The position numbers and the translations under genes were made by a program. From Callorhinchus milii (taxonomy: Eukaryota), in assembly GCF_018977255.1 (NCBI RefSeq), contig NW_024704752.1, positions 19,592,001-19,656,000 of the forward strand: DNA of 64,000 nt, in the 5' to 3' direction. How positions within the stretch are numbered: the first letter of the stretch is position 1; every line of letters starts with the position of its first letter. The notes below the pieces were generated by a model. That model had not been told where the DNA came from. It saw only the letters and a list, made by a program, of their open reading frames with translations, and made no database searches. Shown piece by piece: positions 40,463-53,260 of this stretch.

Positions 40463-40700
40463 CATTTTTTACGCTCCCGTTCACTTGCACTTACACTTGT
40501 CTAATAACAACCATCTAATCCTCACTGTTTAGGTATGTTTCAAATTGTTTTCATCTTAAAACACAAAGGCTGCTATTTGCACGAATTTGACCTCATTTGA
40601 TCCAAATCTAATTCAGAAAAAAATTACAATATTGTCATAAGATAATCCTTGTATTATATTTATACTTGCTAATTCTGATCCAACTCAATATGCTACAAAG
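40463..40700. repeat. Right arm of ~240 bp inverted repeat
   Basis: Reverse complement of 38758-39000. Confidence 0.92.
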
Positions 40701-41336
40701 CCTACCTGCGTTGCTAGATACTTATCCACTTTAATTGATTTAGTTTGTTCCACTGAAGTCGACTAAACCAAAGAGATTAAGCTCTTTCTGTAATACCTTG
40801 TGTAATCAGTGACCACAGCTGATGCTTTGTTCCGCGCAAATGAAAACCTTTGTGCATCCCCGAAGACTACAAATGATAATTGGATCATACATGAAGTTGA
40901 AATTGTCTTTCCTGTTCAATTAGATCAAACAGATTATTATTATTATTAAAATGTTACAGAAGTAGAATGGGTTCTTCGTACATTTGGATAATTCTTCTTG
41001 AAATCTTGCAACTATGTGGAACACTAGTTAAAAGCAAAAGTAGAGAGTGTGGTTCCTCGTCAATGCGGCAGATGATATTCCTCTGGGTATTCGAAAACGT
41101 GCACAAAGTACATGGTGCACATCTTTCTACGAGTTGAAGCTTAATTCGGCATTTAGTGTACTCATTTGGCAGCAAATACTTCTTCATTCCCAAACAGAAA
41201 AACAAGTCGATCTGAAGGCTTCATTTATAGATTTATTGCTATGAATAAGGGCCCCAAAAACGCCTCAAACTCTCGACTTCAACTTGCTGCTTATTTCCTA
41301 GCACAAATAGCTCTTTTGATTTTTGACTGACATTGG

Positions 41337-41337
41337 N
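41337..41337. other. Single ambiguous base (N)
   Basis: cattggNaaa. Confidence 0.99.
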
Positions 41338-41884
41338 AAAAAAAGATCCATTGGAAATTCTTGGACCTTCCCATGAATTTATATTGCAAGAGTACAAATC
41401 ATTATACTGCACATTTCACAATGAATCGCAGCTGAAATTGAGCGTTTAGATAACCAAGGAAACAAATGAGCTGCATTGTTAAAGAGATGTAAGCCAAGAC
41501 ATTGTAAACATGTTCTCCAAGTTCCTGGATCTTTGGTTTATTGTCTTGCCAATTACCCTCCATGACTCTTGAATAGATCACTGCCTTGAAGAATGTACTG
41601 CGTTGATTTCATGGTTAAAAATCTATAGAAAATTGTAAGACTTGTCAGGATGACTGATATCAACCATACGCTTGATTGCTGAAAGAAGAAAGTGTTGGAT
41701 TTTTGATGGCATTGATACTCACTGATATTATCAATGGAACATCAGACAGACACACTGCCAAATGGTGTACTAAATGTTTCTTATTTTGTAATCAATCAAT
41801 TATAGGCATCTTATACTCGCACGAGTCCTTTGTGCAAAAAATAGAAAATAGAAGATTTTGATTGCATTATATTGCCAAAGTAAC

Positions 41885-42250
41885 AGTGGTTAATGCGCTT
41901 GTCTCGCAAGCGAGAGGACCTTGGTTCGATTCCTGGGCCGGACAAAACCTCACTCAAATTTCCTTGCACCACACGCCTCTGTTCACCTCGAGGTAAGTAG
42001 GAACCCAGCTGTTAGTCGATTGGTGGATCGCTTTCGGGGGGTAATAATCCCTTAAAAAAAACAAAGTTTGGTCACTCAATCTATGACTGTTTGTGGGACA
42101 CTCACTGCTGTGAGCAATTGGCTGCCACGTTTCACCCACAAATATACAGTCAATTCACTTTACAATGCATTTGGTGAAGCATTTTAAGCCGCATCAATGA
42201 TGTGATAAGGTGCTGTATCAAATCAAGTATTATCATGATTATTATTATTA
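41885..42250 (+). mobile_element. tRNA-derived SINE, long-body variant, older
   Basis: cagtggttaatgcgcttgtctcgcaagcgagaggaccttggttcgattcc head; same body; (TTA)n tail ends ~35 nt before exon C. Confidence 0.88.
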
Positions 42251-42285
42251 ATCCTTTTGTTTTCAATGTTGTTCCCTGCGTGTAG

Positions 42286-42385
42286 GTAATTGTCACCTTT
42301 GTTGTGGGCTCAGAAGTTCATCAAGAAATAAGCAATGATTTCTCCAGCATTGGCACTCCCTTCCTGATGGGGACTGTCGCACTGG
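42286..42385 (+). CDS. Internal exon C of the same transporter
   Basis: Acceptor gttccctgcgtgtag|, donor GG|gtaagt; 100 nt, phase 0-1; VIVTFVVGSEVHQEISNDFSSIGTPFLMGTVAL(G). Confidence 0.92.
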
Positions 42386-43201
42386 GTAAGTGATTTCATT
42401 TCCAAGTTTCTAATTTTATTTGATATCAGGAGTGACTATATATGGGAGCAAAAATCCCAAATTTTGCAAAATGCCACAATTGTTTTAATCTTCGGGCTTT
42501 TGAATGGAAGAGTAGTCTACAGTATTTGATAAAGAAATAGGTTTTGAATATATCCACAGAATCCTCCCTTATGTTAATTTCAAGGCATTTTTTTAAACAC
42601 ATAATTTATCTTAATTGCCAAAGTAATTTTAGGGTGTCTCGAGACTGTATTCAGGGTGATCGGTACTGAAACACATCTGGAAGCTATGTAATTAGATGTT
42701 TTGTCAGTTGAAGCTAAAATCAAGATGTGTGCTATCATTAATGCTCATTTTGTACAACAACGTTGGCTAAATTGCACCATCATGAACACTTGTGCTGTGT
42801 TTCTACTGCGGCTTGACACCCTGCAGTATAGCAATATGGAGAGAGTGTTTGGTTTATATCTTCACATTCCACATACCGTATTGATTTGACTCAGAAACAA
42901 AAGAGCACCACATTTTGGGATTCTATGTGTGCACACCTTAGCGCAATTCACAGCATCACAAAATCACCAGAGTTCGTAGAAGATTTGTTTCACAGGGAGT
43001 CCAACTTCCTTGAAATTCTATAAAATAAGCAGTTGGAAAAGATCGTTTCAATAATGGTGATTTGATTGTAGAAAACACAACTGCGGTTTATTCTCCAATT
43101 GTCAAAACAGATTCCTTAACAGCAAACAAACTCGTGGGCCTGAAACTTATACCTGCGTTCTTCACCTTACAGCTTCCAGTAACAGTCAGAACATACAAAG
43201 C

Positions 43202-43536
43202 AATAATAATAATCCTTAATAATAATCCTTGCATTTGATATAGCGCTTTTCACGTCGGGAGGACGCCCCAAAGCGCTTCACAGAACACACTGTAAAGTGA
43301 ATTGACTGTATATTTGTGGGCGAACGCGGCAGCCAATTGCGCACAGCAATGTCCCACAAACAGTCGTAGATTGAAAATGACCAATTTTTTTTTATTATTG
43401 TTTTTGGTTTTGGAGGGATTATTATTAGGCTCTGTGTGGAGTAAGGAAACTTGCCCGAGGTTTCACCCTGCCGGGAATTGAACTCAGATCTCTCGCTTGC
43501 AAAGCGAGTGCTCTAACCACTGAGCTACAGGACTCC
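43202..43536 (-). mobile_element. Full-length tRNA-derived SINE, same subfamily as 34865-35187
   Basis: Near-identical head, body and tail. Confidence 0.92.
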
Positions 43537-46500
43537 ACAATGTCACAAAGCAAGTCAAGGGTGTCTGAGGATGACTTTGCCTCAAGCTAAAACCCACCAT
43601 TAATGACTGATTGTGAAGGTTTCTAGTTTGAATGGACAATGCAGTTTGGCTCAATATTTCTTTCTTGCAACACAGTGATCCCAGAAATAATGATTCTGTG
43701 GGGGTAGGGAGACTCGCAGAGCTATTCAGTTGGGAAATGCAGGTGAAACCAATGTCAGTCACAGCTACTGACACTGATGAGATCTAATGACTACCTTTGA
43801 ATCCATCACAGTCATTTGTTACCTTGGAGAAAATTCCCAAAGCAGTCTTCTCAGGCAGGTGAAGAGCAGAGTGGAGCTAATACGTACAGAAGGTGACCAA
43901 CAAATGCCTTTTAGTGCTTGTTTCACATTGTGTTTCTCGCAGCACAGAAAGTACAAGTACTGTATTGTACTGGCTCATAGACTGAACTTACAACTCGATG
44001 AATGTTCAAACACTGCCCATTATAAAATATAAACTGTACAGCACCACAGATTTATGAGGCAATTGTACAACCTCACGAAGCACAGATCTGCCATCTAGTA
44101 TCTCCCAAACAACTTTATTTTTGCTAATCATCAGTATCTAGACCAACTGCCACACTTGTGCTATTTTTCTTAAAGATAAAGTCATCTTCAATTAAAAGTT
44201 GGCCTGGGCAAGGAGGGCAACTATGGTTGCGATTTTCTTTTCAAGATGCCTTTTTGTTTTAGGAGATTCGCAGTGGTGCAATAAGAATATGCATTGCACT
44301 AGCAGAAGCTGATCTTAATAATAATAAAAAAAATCTTGCATTTGATACAGCGCCTTATCCCATCTTCAAGACGTTTCAAAGCGCTTCACAGAATTTACCG
44401 TGAGGTGAATTGATTTGTGATTTTGTGGTCCAAACGAGGCAGCCAATTTCACTTCACGCAAATCCCAATTGCCAAATCAAGTCTATTTGTTCACGATTTC
44501 TCAACAGTTTATTTCCTTGCTTGCGTCAAAGCAATCAATTACAGTTGTTGAAAGAAGTACTTTTAGGAATGTTTCGGTCCTGGGCACCAGGGTGCAGAGG
44601 TTATTGATCAATTCATGTTGAGCATGAGGCAACATGGTGAAGTCAATTTATGTGATTATATCACAGCATAAATACTTTGTGAAGTTGCAGCAAATAGATC
44701 ACGTGTTATTTAGTTAACCGTTTGACATGGATATTTAATTTTACCCATGAAAGAGCTTTTAAATTGCATTTCAGTATCTTCCTTGTGGAATTTCACAAGT
44801 GCATTTCCCAGAACGAAGCTTTGTGCTGGCTCTGTGCTCGTAGACAGACGGACAGAAAGCAGAGAAATGTGTTTAATGGCTTCTGCTCCTTTTCACTCAT
44901 AGAGATTGATTCTTGTTCAGTCATACAGAAAAAAGCTTTGGAAGGAAAACAACAACAACCTGCATTTATTCAGCGCTTTTCATGCAGGATAGCGTCTCGG
45001 AGTGCTGCTCCCAGGGGAAAATTCAGTTACAGTACTTCAGTTTCTCGCTTTGCTTGGATGCCCAGACCATCCATCTGGAAAGTGAAGTAGTGGAGGGTTA
45101 TTTATTTGATAACATTTAAAAACAAAGCGAATAAATGTAAAGAATTTGTATAGTAATCTGAAAAGAGTGGATAAGAACTGAGATCAGGAACGATTTGTTT
45201 ACACATAGGGTTGGGTGGATGTGGAATCCTGTGCCCCAGAAAGCTGTTGAGGCTGATCAGACGGGATGTTTAAAAGAGAGGTAGACACCAGTTGTGTTGG
45301 GGGGACGTATATATTTCAAAAATGGTTCCTCATGCTTCCCCCTGACTCTGGAAGACACATTAACAATAATATTAATGTTCATTAATTGCACCTGCTTCTC
45401 AAAACCCAATCAGAAATCATCACAAAGGATGTTAGGCTTCAGTTTGTTAAATGCGAGTTAAAGTCTGGAATTATTTACACCTGTTCCTCCAGTAATGGAT
45501 TCTATGTCGTGTTTCACGTTGAGCACCAGCTGGCTCGGAATTTCTCCAAACTCAGATCCTTTCTGAAACTCAGATGTCTGGAATCCAGGACGGCCCCAGA
45601 TGTTAGTACATCAACAATGGCAATGTCGGTGAATAGCCCTCTAGAGCTGCTTAGTGACACACCCAGAGCTCGTGTCAACACAGTTGTTTCCCGCAGAGCT
45701 GGGAGAGCTCAAATGGTGGATATCCAGGGCTGAAACAAGTGAGATTAAGGCTGTATTCTAAACTGGATCCCAGTTCAGTGATGTTAGATTTATACGATTA
45801 CCAAGTTGCTGTTGAAGTTGTTTTGTTCTTGACTTAGCTGGGCCTCACCAGCACTAGTAGTGATGAGGGTGCAATATCAAGGAAGAAAAAATCTTTTTTT
45901 AACGACTGTGGAAACCCTAAAGGTTTGAGCTCAGCTTAGCTCCAATGCTCCCTGTGGTAAGGTTTGTTGAACCTCCGTTGACAAATGTCCAGTCACACAG
46001 GATACCTGAGGTCCGCTATTGTCTGTGGAGACATTGGCACCAGTAGAAAGGAAAAAGGAGCCAATGCCTTCAACAGAGGCGACAACGGGAGACAAAATTA
46101 TAATGGAAAAATATATAGCTGATTATGAAGCAGGGGGAGTGCCATCGGAAGGCAAAAGAAATTAATCTTTGCTTGTCCTTTAAATGAGAACTCCACATTA
46201 AACAACAATTAATATCCAAGGTCCCGCAATGCAGTTATTCTTTCACCTTTGATGGCCCTCCAGTGGCAGATATTGTGACCAAAGCATTGTACTTTGTTGT
46301 CTTTCACTGTGTTGCCTTTTGCCTGGAAGACAAATGTGAAAAACATATTTGACGTCACCCCTGTGAATATTCTATCCCAATTATACCTTAAAAGAAAGGC
46401 AATTTTAATCACTCCTGCTGTTATTCATAAATCAATCTCCCCATTGCTTCAATATTCTGCGGATATTAAAAAAAGAAGCATCCTGAAAGAAACAAGAGTT

Positions 46501-48895
46501 GTGGAAAAAAGAAAGTTCGCCACATAATGTGTATCCAAATATTCGCCAGTGCCTGCTTGCTTTCTGTAAAGGAAAAAGGGCAGATGAATATTATCACAAA
46601 GCATATTTCAAAATAAAGACAACCCCCTGGGAAATACAGATTGACCGGTAAGGTTTTACTAAAGCAGAAATGCCTTGCTGTAGAACAAAATAGTCAAAAG
46701 CTCGGGATGTAGGACGCGAGAAAAATGCTGCAGATAATTAAATATCGAATTGCTCTAACATTTTTATGACCAGTAAATCGTGAATCCACACAGCTCTCAA
46801 AAAGTCATTATAGGTTCCTGTGCACAATATATTTTGGAATGAAGGACATGAACTGCAAACCGCAATGTGAAATTATGACCATGCAAAGAAATATTAGGAA
46901 TATGGCACATACAAAACAAGCAAAACCCAAGACTGATCTTAGGAATAACAAATTACCGATGATTTGCTTTGCGGTGCCTGCTCCCAGTTCAATATTCAGG
47001 AAGTACTACGCCAGTTTGAGATCCAGAAAATAGGATAGGCAGGCACATAGCCTTTGGAAGATCAGTCAAGAAAGCCAAAACAAGAAACACCAAAAACGTG
47101 CAGCACGGGGTGTCTGAAAACAAATAACAGTAAAACGAGCAGAAACACAGACAAGAAGATTTCAACATTTGGAAAGGCAGCTTCCTTCAACGGTAAATGA
47201 TCGTTAGTGCCCACTGAGGAGCCAAACACGTTGTATTTTGGACACTACTGTTATCTACGGAATGTCCTCACACAAGGAGCACACCTTCACACACCTTCAT
47301 GATGGATATTTGCATCTCTTGTCATTCTTCCAGAAAACTTGCACATTGCCATCCTCTTTCTGGTGCACGTGACAGAAGTTTGACCAAGGTTGTTCTAGTA
47401 GGACATCAATTGAATAAGAACCCTAAAATAAGCCGCATCAAACCTTTAATGTAAGTACATTTAAATGCATGCCAGCATTAGCAGCCAGGAACACAAGTGA
47501 TATGAGTTTGCTGCCCAGATCAGTATCAGCGACATGGGTCTGATAAAAGCATCTCATTCAAGCTCATTTTATAATTAGACGACCCAACATGATAGCGATT
47601 CCCAGTCTGATTTTAGATCATTCTCAAATTAACTTATCTCTGTGGGATGCACAGAAAATTATATATCTTTTTAAAAACCCTTCCACGGAGGGAAACTTAT
47701 TTTGAAAATGCCCTCTCGCCCCCCCTCCCACATTGTGCTTTTCCCTTTAAAACCCAGTGAATGCTTCTGGTGAGAATTGAGATAATGAAAAGTAAATCGA
47801 GATTAAAGCTTCACACAGCCTGTTCAACCAGTGATTGCCCATCTAGACGTGTCTTATTAAAACATCCAGACTATACTTGTATAAACAATCTGGATAGTTA
47901 TTGCTTTCGGATCAGGCTCAGAAAATGAAGGTTTGACCTTTAGAATCACAGTAGATGGTTTCTATAGTAACTCAGAAACCAGTTTCTATGAGGTTTGTTA
48001 TTTGAATATTTTCCTATTTTATGGCCATTGTTTATAAGACTGTGTGGTGGATATTGAAGGCTTCAATCATAGGAGCGAATCAATGTTTTTTTCAATTAAG
48101 AATGAATATTACAAAATATCAGCTATTCTCAGGAACAATTTAATTGGAAAATATCTTTAAAGAACATCTGTATAAAAGTAAGCTTAATCTTTTTACTGGC
48201 ACAATCTGAATATGTAGAATTAAAATGAAATGGGCACAATTTTCCAACCGAACGCAGTTAGGAATACTGTTCAATTACTTTCTACAACAGACACCATGTA
48301 CCTAAGTTTAACATCTGATCTGAACAAAAATGCATCCAACAGTGCTCTCCCAACACTGCACTGGTGCGTCCGCTTAGTATGTGAACTCAACGTTCCTAAC
48401 ATGAGACTGGAACCCACAACCTTTAGACCTAAAGGTGAGAGCCACATTCAGTCACCCGCCTGACCCAAATATACATATATATATATATATACTGGAAAAA
48501 AATAAATGGTTGAACTTGGTCTTTTAAAGTCTCACAACAACATATCCTGAAGCTTTAGCTGAATATCTGTTCAAATGTCTTACGTGCTTTTCATGCTTTC
48601 CCGGAAAATATACATTTTGCAACTTGAACCGATTATCTTGCAACCAATTTTGTCAGCCTTATCGTTTTAAAGGAAAAAGATGCCAAACATCCCTCTATTG
48701 AGGTTCACATAGATTGTACAATACAGAAGCTATCTACTCTGTCCATAGATTTTTCATTTAATGTTTTAGAAATTAAATTACATTAGGGAGTTTTTGAAGC
48801 TAACAAAGATGTGGATTCTCAATGAAACTGTGCGACCATAAATAAATGAAACAAAATTGATATCTATTAATGCCCTTGATTTCTCTTTTTTTCAG

Positions 48896-48954
48896 GAGGA
48901 GTTGTAAATGTGATGCCAATGTTATTTTCTGAGATTTCACAGAACAGATGCCAG
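48896..48954 (+). CDS. Internal exon D of the same transporter
   Basis: Acceptor ttctctttttttcag|, donor CAG|gtaaca; 59 nt, phase 1-0; (G)GVVNVMPMLFSEISQNRCQ. Confidence 0.9.
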
Positions 48955-49732
48955 GTAACATAGTACTTTTATTTCACATAGATTCATTGCAATATTTTTC
49001 TCACTTGGATATCATTTGGATATCCTTGATGCTTCATTATATATTTAAACACAGCATTTTTGTATGTTAGTTCGGCAGAAAGAATATATCTTAATTAATA
49101 ACCTGTCCGTAATAGCTCAATGGTAATCATTGGAAACCTGAAGCGACGGAAATAAATCCCTTCATTCTTATATTATTTGGTAAAAGAGAAGTGTCTTACT
49201 TACTCAGAATAAACTGGTATTGATTTGTACAAAGCATTTACTAGAAAATAGTGTCAAATATACAGAACTTCAAAGTTAAGCCAAATTCTGGATGGTATAA
49301 ATTGCTAAATAAACAAATTCTAGACCCAGGTAGAATTTCCTCCCAGTCTAGGAGTCTAGAAAACAAAAAAAGCTAAAATCTCAGATCAGAATTTGAAATA
49401 ATAACGTACATTGACATGTTGGAATAATTGCCTGAATTAAGGATTCCTAGACTCCGGGTTTTAAATAATTAATGACCATTTACTTGGATTTCCAAATGAT
49501 TGTATGAATGAATTGTGACGTCCTCCTGACGTGAAAGGCGCTGCACAAGTCTAATTTGATGCTGTTGTTGAATTCTTTAGTCACTTTGTATCAGCTAAGA
49601 CAGCATAATAATGTGTTGACTATAAGTTGTTGACTTTGTTATATTAAAGATTTTATTAAATCGCTGTGTGTTCTGTTGGCTCCTCATGTACTGTACACTT
49701 TACGTCAAGTTTTGTTTCTTCTCTTGCTGAAG

Positions 49733-49797
49733 GTTTTGTGGTTCCGGCGAGCTATCATCGGAGGACTTACAACTTGTGCAATCCTCAATATTTTTTG
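49733..49797 (+). CDS. Internal exon E of the same transporter
   Basis: Acceptor tttcttctcttgctgaag|, donor TG|gtaagc; 65 nt, phase 0-2; VLWFRRAIIGGLTTCAILNIF(W). Confidence 0.9.
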
Positions 49798-52759
49798 GTA
49801 AGCCGTCAAATGTACTTTTGTGGTAAAGATTACTAATTTATTATTGAATCAATTACAGTTTTTAAAGCAGTCTAGCATGCCACAGGAGCCTCCAAGAGCA
49901 ATATCAAACTCTGAGACAAGAGTGCAACTAACTGAGCCAGACTGTCAACTGCGGGAAATTTACGAGTTGGGCTGATAAAATGTTTCATCAGTTTACCACC
50001 CACGGTTCAGTCTAGGCATTTAGACAGGTATCAATGCCTGTTCACAAATTCCAACATTGGTTTAACATAATGGTAAATCTGCTGCACTAAAACCCACGAA
50101 AAAAAATCAACCTAGCCAATTATCAGAGCAAATTGCAATTAACTTTAGTTGTGGCTGCACATTCCAAATCATTATCTGGCACACTCTACTGATGGTGCAA
50201 GTCACCACATTAGCCTAATTCAATATCAGCAGAATAAAATCGATATGATTAATGACTTTTTAATATCTGTCTGAATAAGTCTGTTAACATAAGTTCATAT
50301 ACCACACTGACATATCTGAGCACACCGTGAATTAGTACTGGTGAGTTTTGCTCGTGATATTGAGTGCTGCAATATGTGTATCACAGATATACAGTATTCG
50401 TGTGTTATTCATGATAACATTGAGGGCAGAATCTACAGCATAAAAGAAGCAAAGATTGAGCTGAAGCATCAAATCCCTTAGTTCAGCTACTTCTTTGCTG
50501 ATATCTGTTTTGAGTGTTACATCTTAATTGACATAAACAAAGAAGCTGTGAGTCAGTCTACGAAGCATTTTATTTTCTAAATAGAAACAAAAGAGATTGG
50601 AGCTTGAGTTGTCCCTGAAACTGGATGAAACACAACCTCTTTGCATCGAATTGTTTTGTTTTTTGTGCAAAACAATAAGAAGGCGGAAAACACTTTTGTA
50701 TTCAACCAGGAATTCACAAGAAAAAATGTAAACGTTGCGTAAGTATCATTGGTATGAAAATGCAAAATATTCCTCTCAAATAACAAGGACCTAAAATGTG
50801 TTCAAGGAAAAAGGGGTGTGAAGCAAAGACATGCCAGAAGAAGTTTATTTCTTTTATTCGTGAATATTTTTAAACAGCAACATGTCACAGACATGCTTTG
50901 GTAAAATGCATTTAGGAATTGTTGGCAATTTAGTAGGATTTCATGTTAGAAAAAAATAATCAAAAGGCAATTGTCAAAGTCAATGTCAATGAAGGCTCAA
51001 CCAAATACTTAGGAGGAAATAGAAAATAAAACATTTCAGAGTACAAACTTGTTTAGTAAATGACTGAGTTTTGTGTTAGAGGTTGCTACAGTACAATATA
51101 AAAGTGTGTGAAATAATCACTGCACTCAAGAGGTTTGAAAGGTATGACTGTCCGATAGAAATATTGTAAATTTGCAAATTGAAGAAAGCAGAATGAAGTT
51201 AAATGGGAAACATTTAAGGTGAAAGGCGAGTTAGCAAGGGAGTGTAGGATGTGGTTTTCCACTGAAACAAAGAAATCATGGAGACATCCACCTCGAAATT
51301 GAAAGCAATTTTGAAGATTGCAACTGAACTCTTCGGAAGGATTGTTGCCTGAAGTTGTAAGGAATGTGCAGTGACTGCCTTCGTCAGCTTAAATTTCAAT
51401 TAGTAAAATTGACCAATTATTTTCTTGCATTAGTCTATTCTGTAAAAGTTCCTTCAGAATAGGCAACTACCTCATTACTCTAACAACAAATATTGCAAAG
51501 TAAAACGCTTTACGAGTCATTTTGTCACTCAAAATGCAAAAGTGCTTTAAGTATCGGGTCGTGTGATCAAACTTATGACAAGACAAAATAGAGTTGCAAA
51601 TAAATTGATTATAATGTCCATCCCCCCCCCCCTTACCAGTAAGCAGCTAATCGGTGCAGAATAACATGTGAGATGCAGAATTCAACAATGTTGTCAGGAA
51701 ACAGTGACTGCATTGATTACAGTGAACACGTGTGACATCGCTTTGCTGGTACCAATGAAAACGAGGATGCAATTTGCTGTGAACAGACTGAATTAAAATT
51801 TTCATCTCATAGTCAAATGAATTTTTTACGGAATGTAATTGATTGGACCAAAATTGCAGACTCAAATATTTGCTTAGCATTTTCAGTGTTTAATTATTAT
51901 GCTAAGCCGCTGGAAATAAACTAAAGTGTTTGACTTTATCCCACGGTGGGTATGTAGCACTCTGGAAACTCAGTTGACCTGATATTGGTGATCTTCTCAT
52001 GACGGGTTTACACTGAGAGTTTAAGGACTCAAAGATGCTATCCTGTATGAGGGGCACCATATACATGCAAGTTGTTGTTGTGTTTCACAGTGATTGGTTA
52101 AATTGACAAGCCTTGGAAGTGTGAGCACGGCTCAGGAGAAACCACTTATGTTGCCTTCATTGATTTCTGTAAGATTGAGTGTCACGTGGTCAAGGAAGCC
52201 AATGGAATATAACCTGGAAATCCTCTGAGAGGTGAACTTCAGACTCTAAGCTTTCTGTGATGGTCGATAAGAGAGCGCTTTAATATTGTTTTTGAAGACT
52301 TACTGTTTATTCATGTTTATTTATGCTGATTTGAAGGTGTATTAAATTGTGAACTTTTATGTAAATTCAAAACGTTACATGAGAGCTGGCTTATCCACTT
52401 AACGTTACTTTTTACTGGTAATGTTGTTTTTTTTATCCCCTGAAATTACCCTAGGGCCATATTTTCCAGGATTTTGCATTTTGCACTATATAAAGAATAT
52501 AATGACATGAATTCTGACCGACAGTATAATTAAGGGGCACTTGAGAATTTTTGTAACAAACATGTTGTGTCAGTAACTATATCTGCCGTGTAGTTTTGCA
52601 TAATGTATTGCGGTGTTAACTCCCGGTGGTTTTCAGACAAGTTAAAACTCATCTGAGCAATGCCATTTCAATGAAGAAATGTAAGAATGACGGTGGAAAT
52701 AGCATGGGTAGCAGGAGGTTTAGTATCGCTAAGGACAGGAACAATGGACAGAAGAAAGT

Positions 52760-53260
52760 ATAATGACAGAATTAAATTGCCTCTAATTGAGAGGGAATAT
52801 ACATCAGACTTGCACTTTCGTCACTTTGTCAACTGCAGTTCTGCAGTTTTCACCCTTGGTGTTTTTGGCTCCTTCCAAGTGTCCTTATTAATTATTCAAG
52901 CCTTTACTGTGTCCATGATGCAAATATTGATAAAGCAAATGACTGTTTGATTGGCCATGGAGGCACATCAATCTGGTCAGTTCCCTTGAAGCCACTGTCA
53001 GCAAGTGGCAAATCAGCATTTCCTGATATTACCAGATTACCATCTATTCTGGATGCTGTTGACTGCAGGTGTGTGGAGATGGATGCACTTGTGTTTCAAT
53101 GATATTCATGCCTCGATTAAAAGTAGATTCACAATATGAACGACCAAATAATATTTGCCAAATGGAACACTCCACAACTGCAAGGCACATATCTACCATC
53201 TCGCGAATATTATTGCTAATTCGCTTCATTATGCAGCTGCACGAGTTCTAATATTGTATT
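52760..53260. promoter_or_regulatory. Candidate conserved noncoding element/enhancer
   Basis: Repeat-free; octamer ATGCAAAT 52918-52925, TAAT clusters, TGATTGG and CTGTCA motifs; conservation not verified. Confidence 0.35.

Noticed and set aside
45481-45731. Exon-like GC-richer block on the minus strand (possible nested gene)
   Set aside because: It has ag/gt ends but stops in all three minus frames; the + ORF 45386-45733 has no recognisable homology.
47295-47422. Minus-strand acceptor followed by GSYSIDVLLEQPWSNFCHVH...*
   Set aside because: Short frame, no partner exons or homology recognised.
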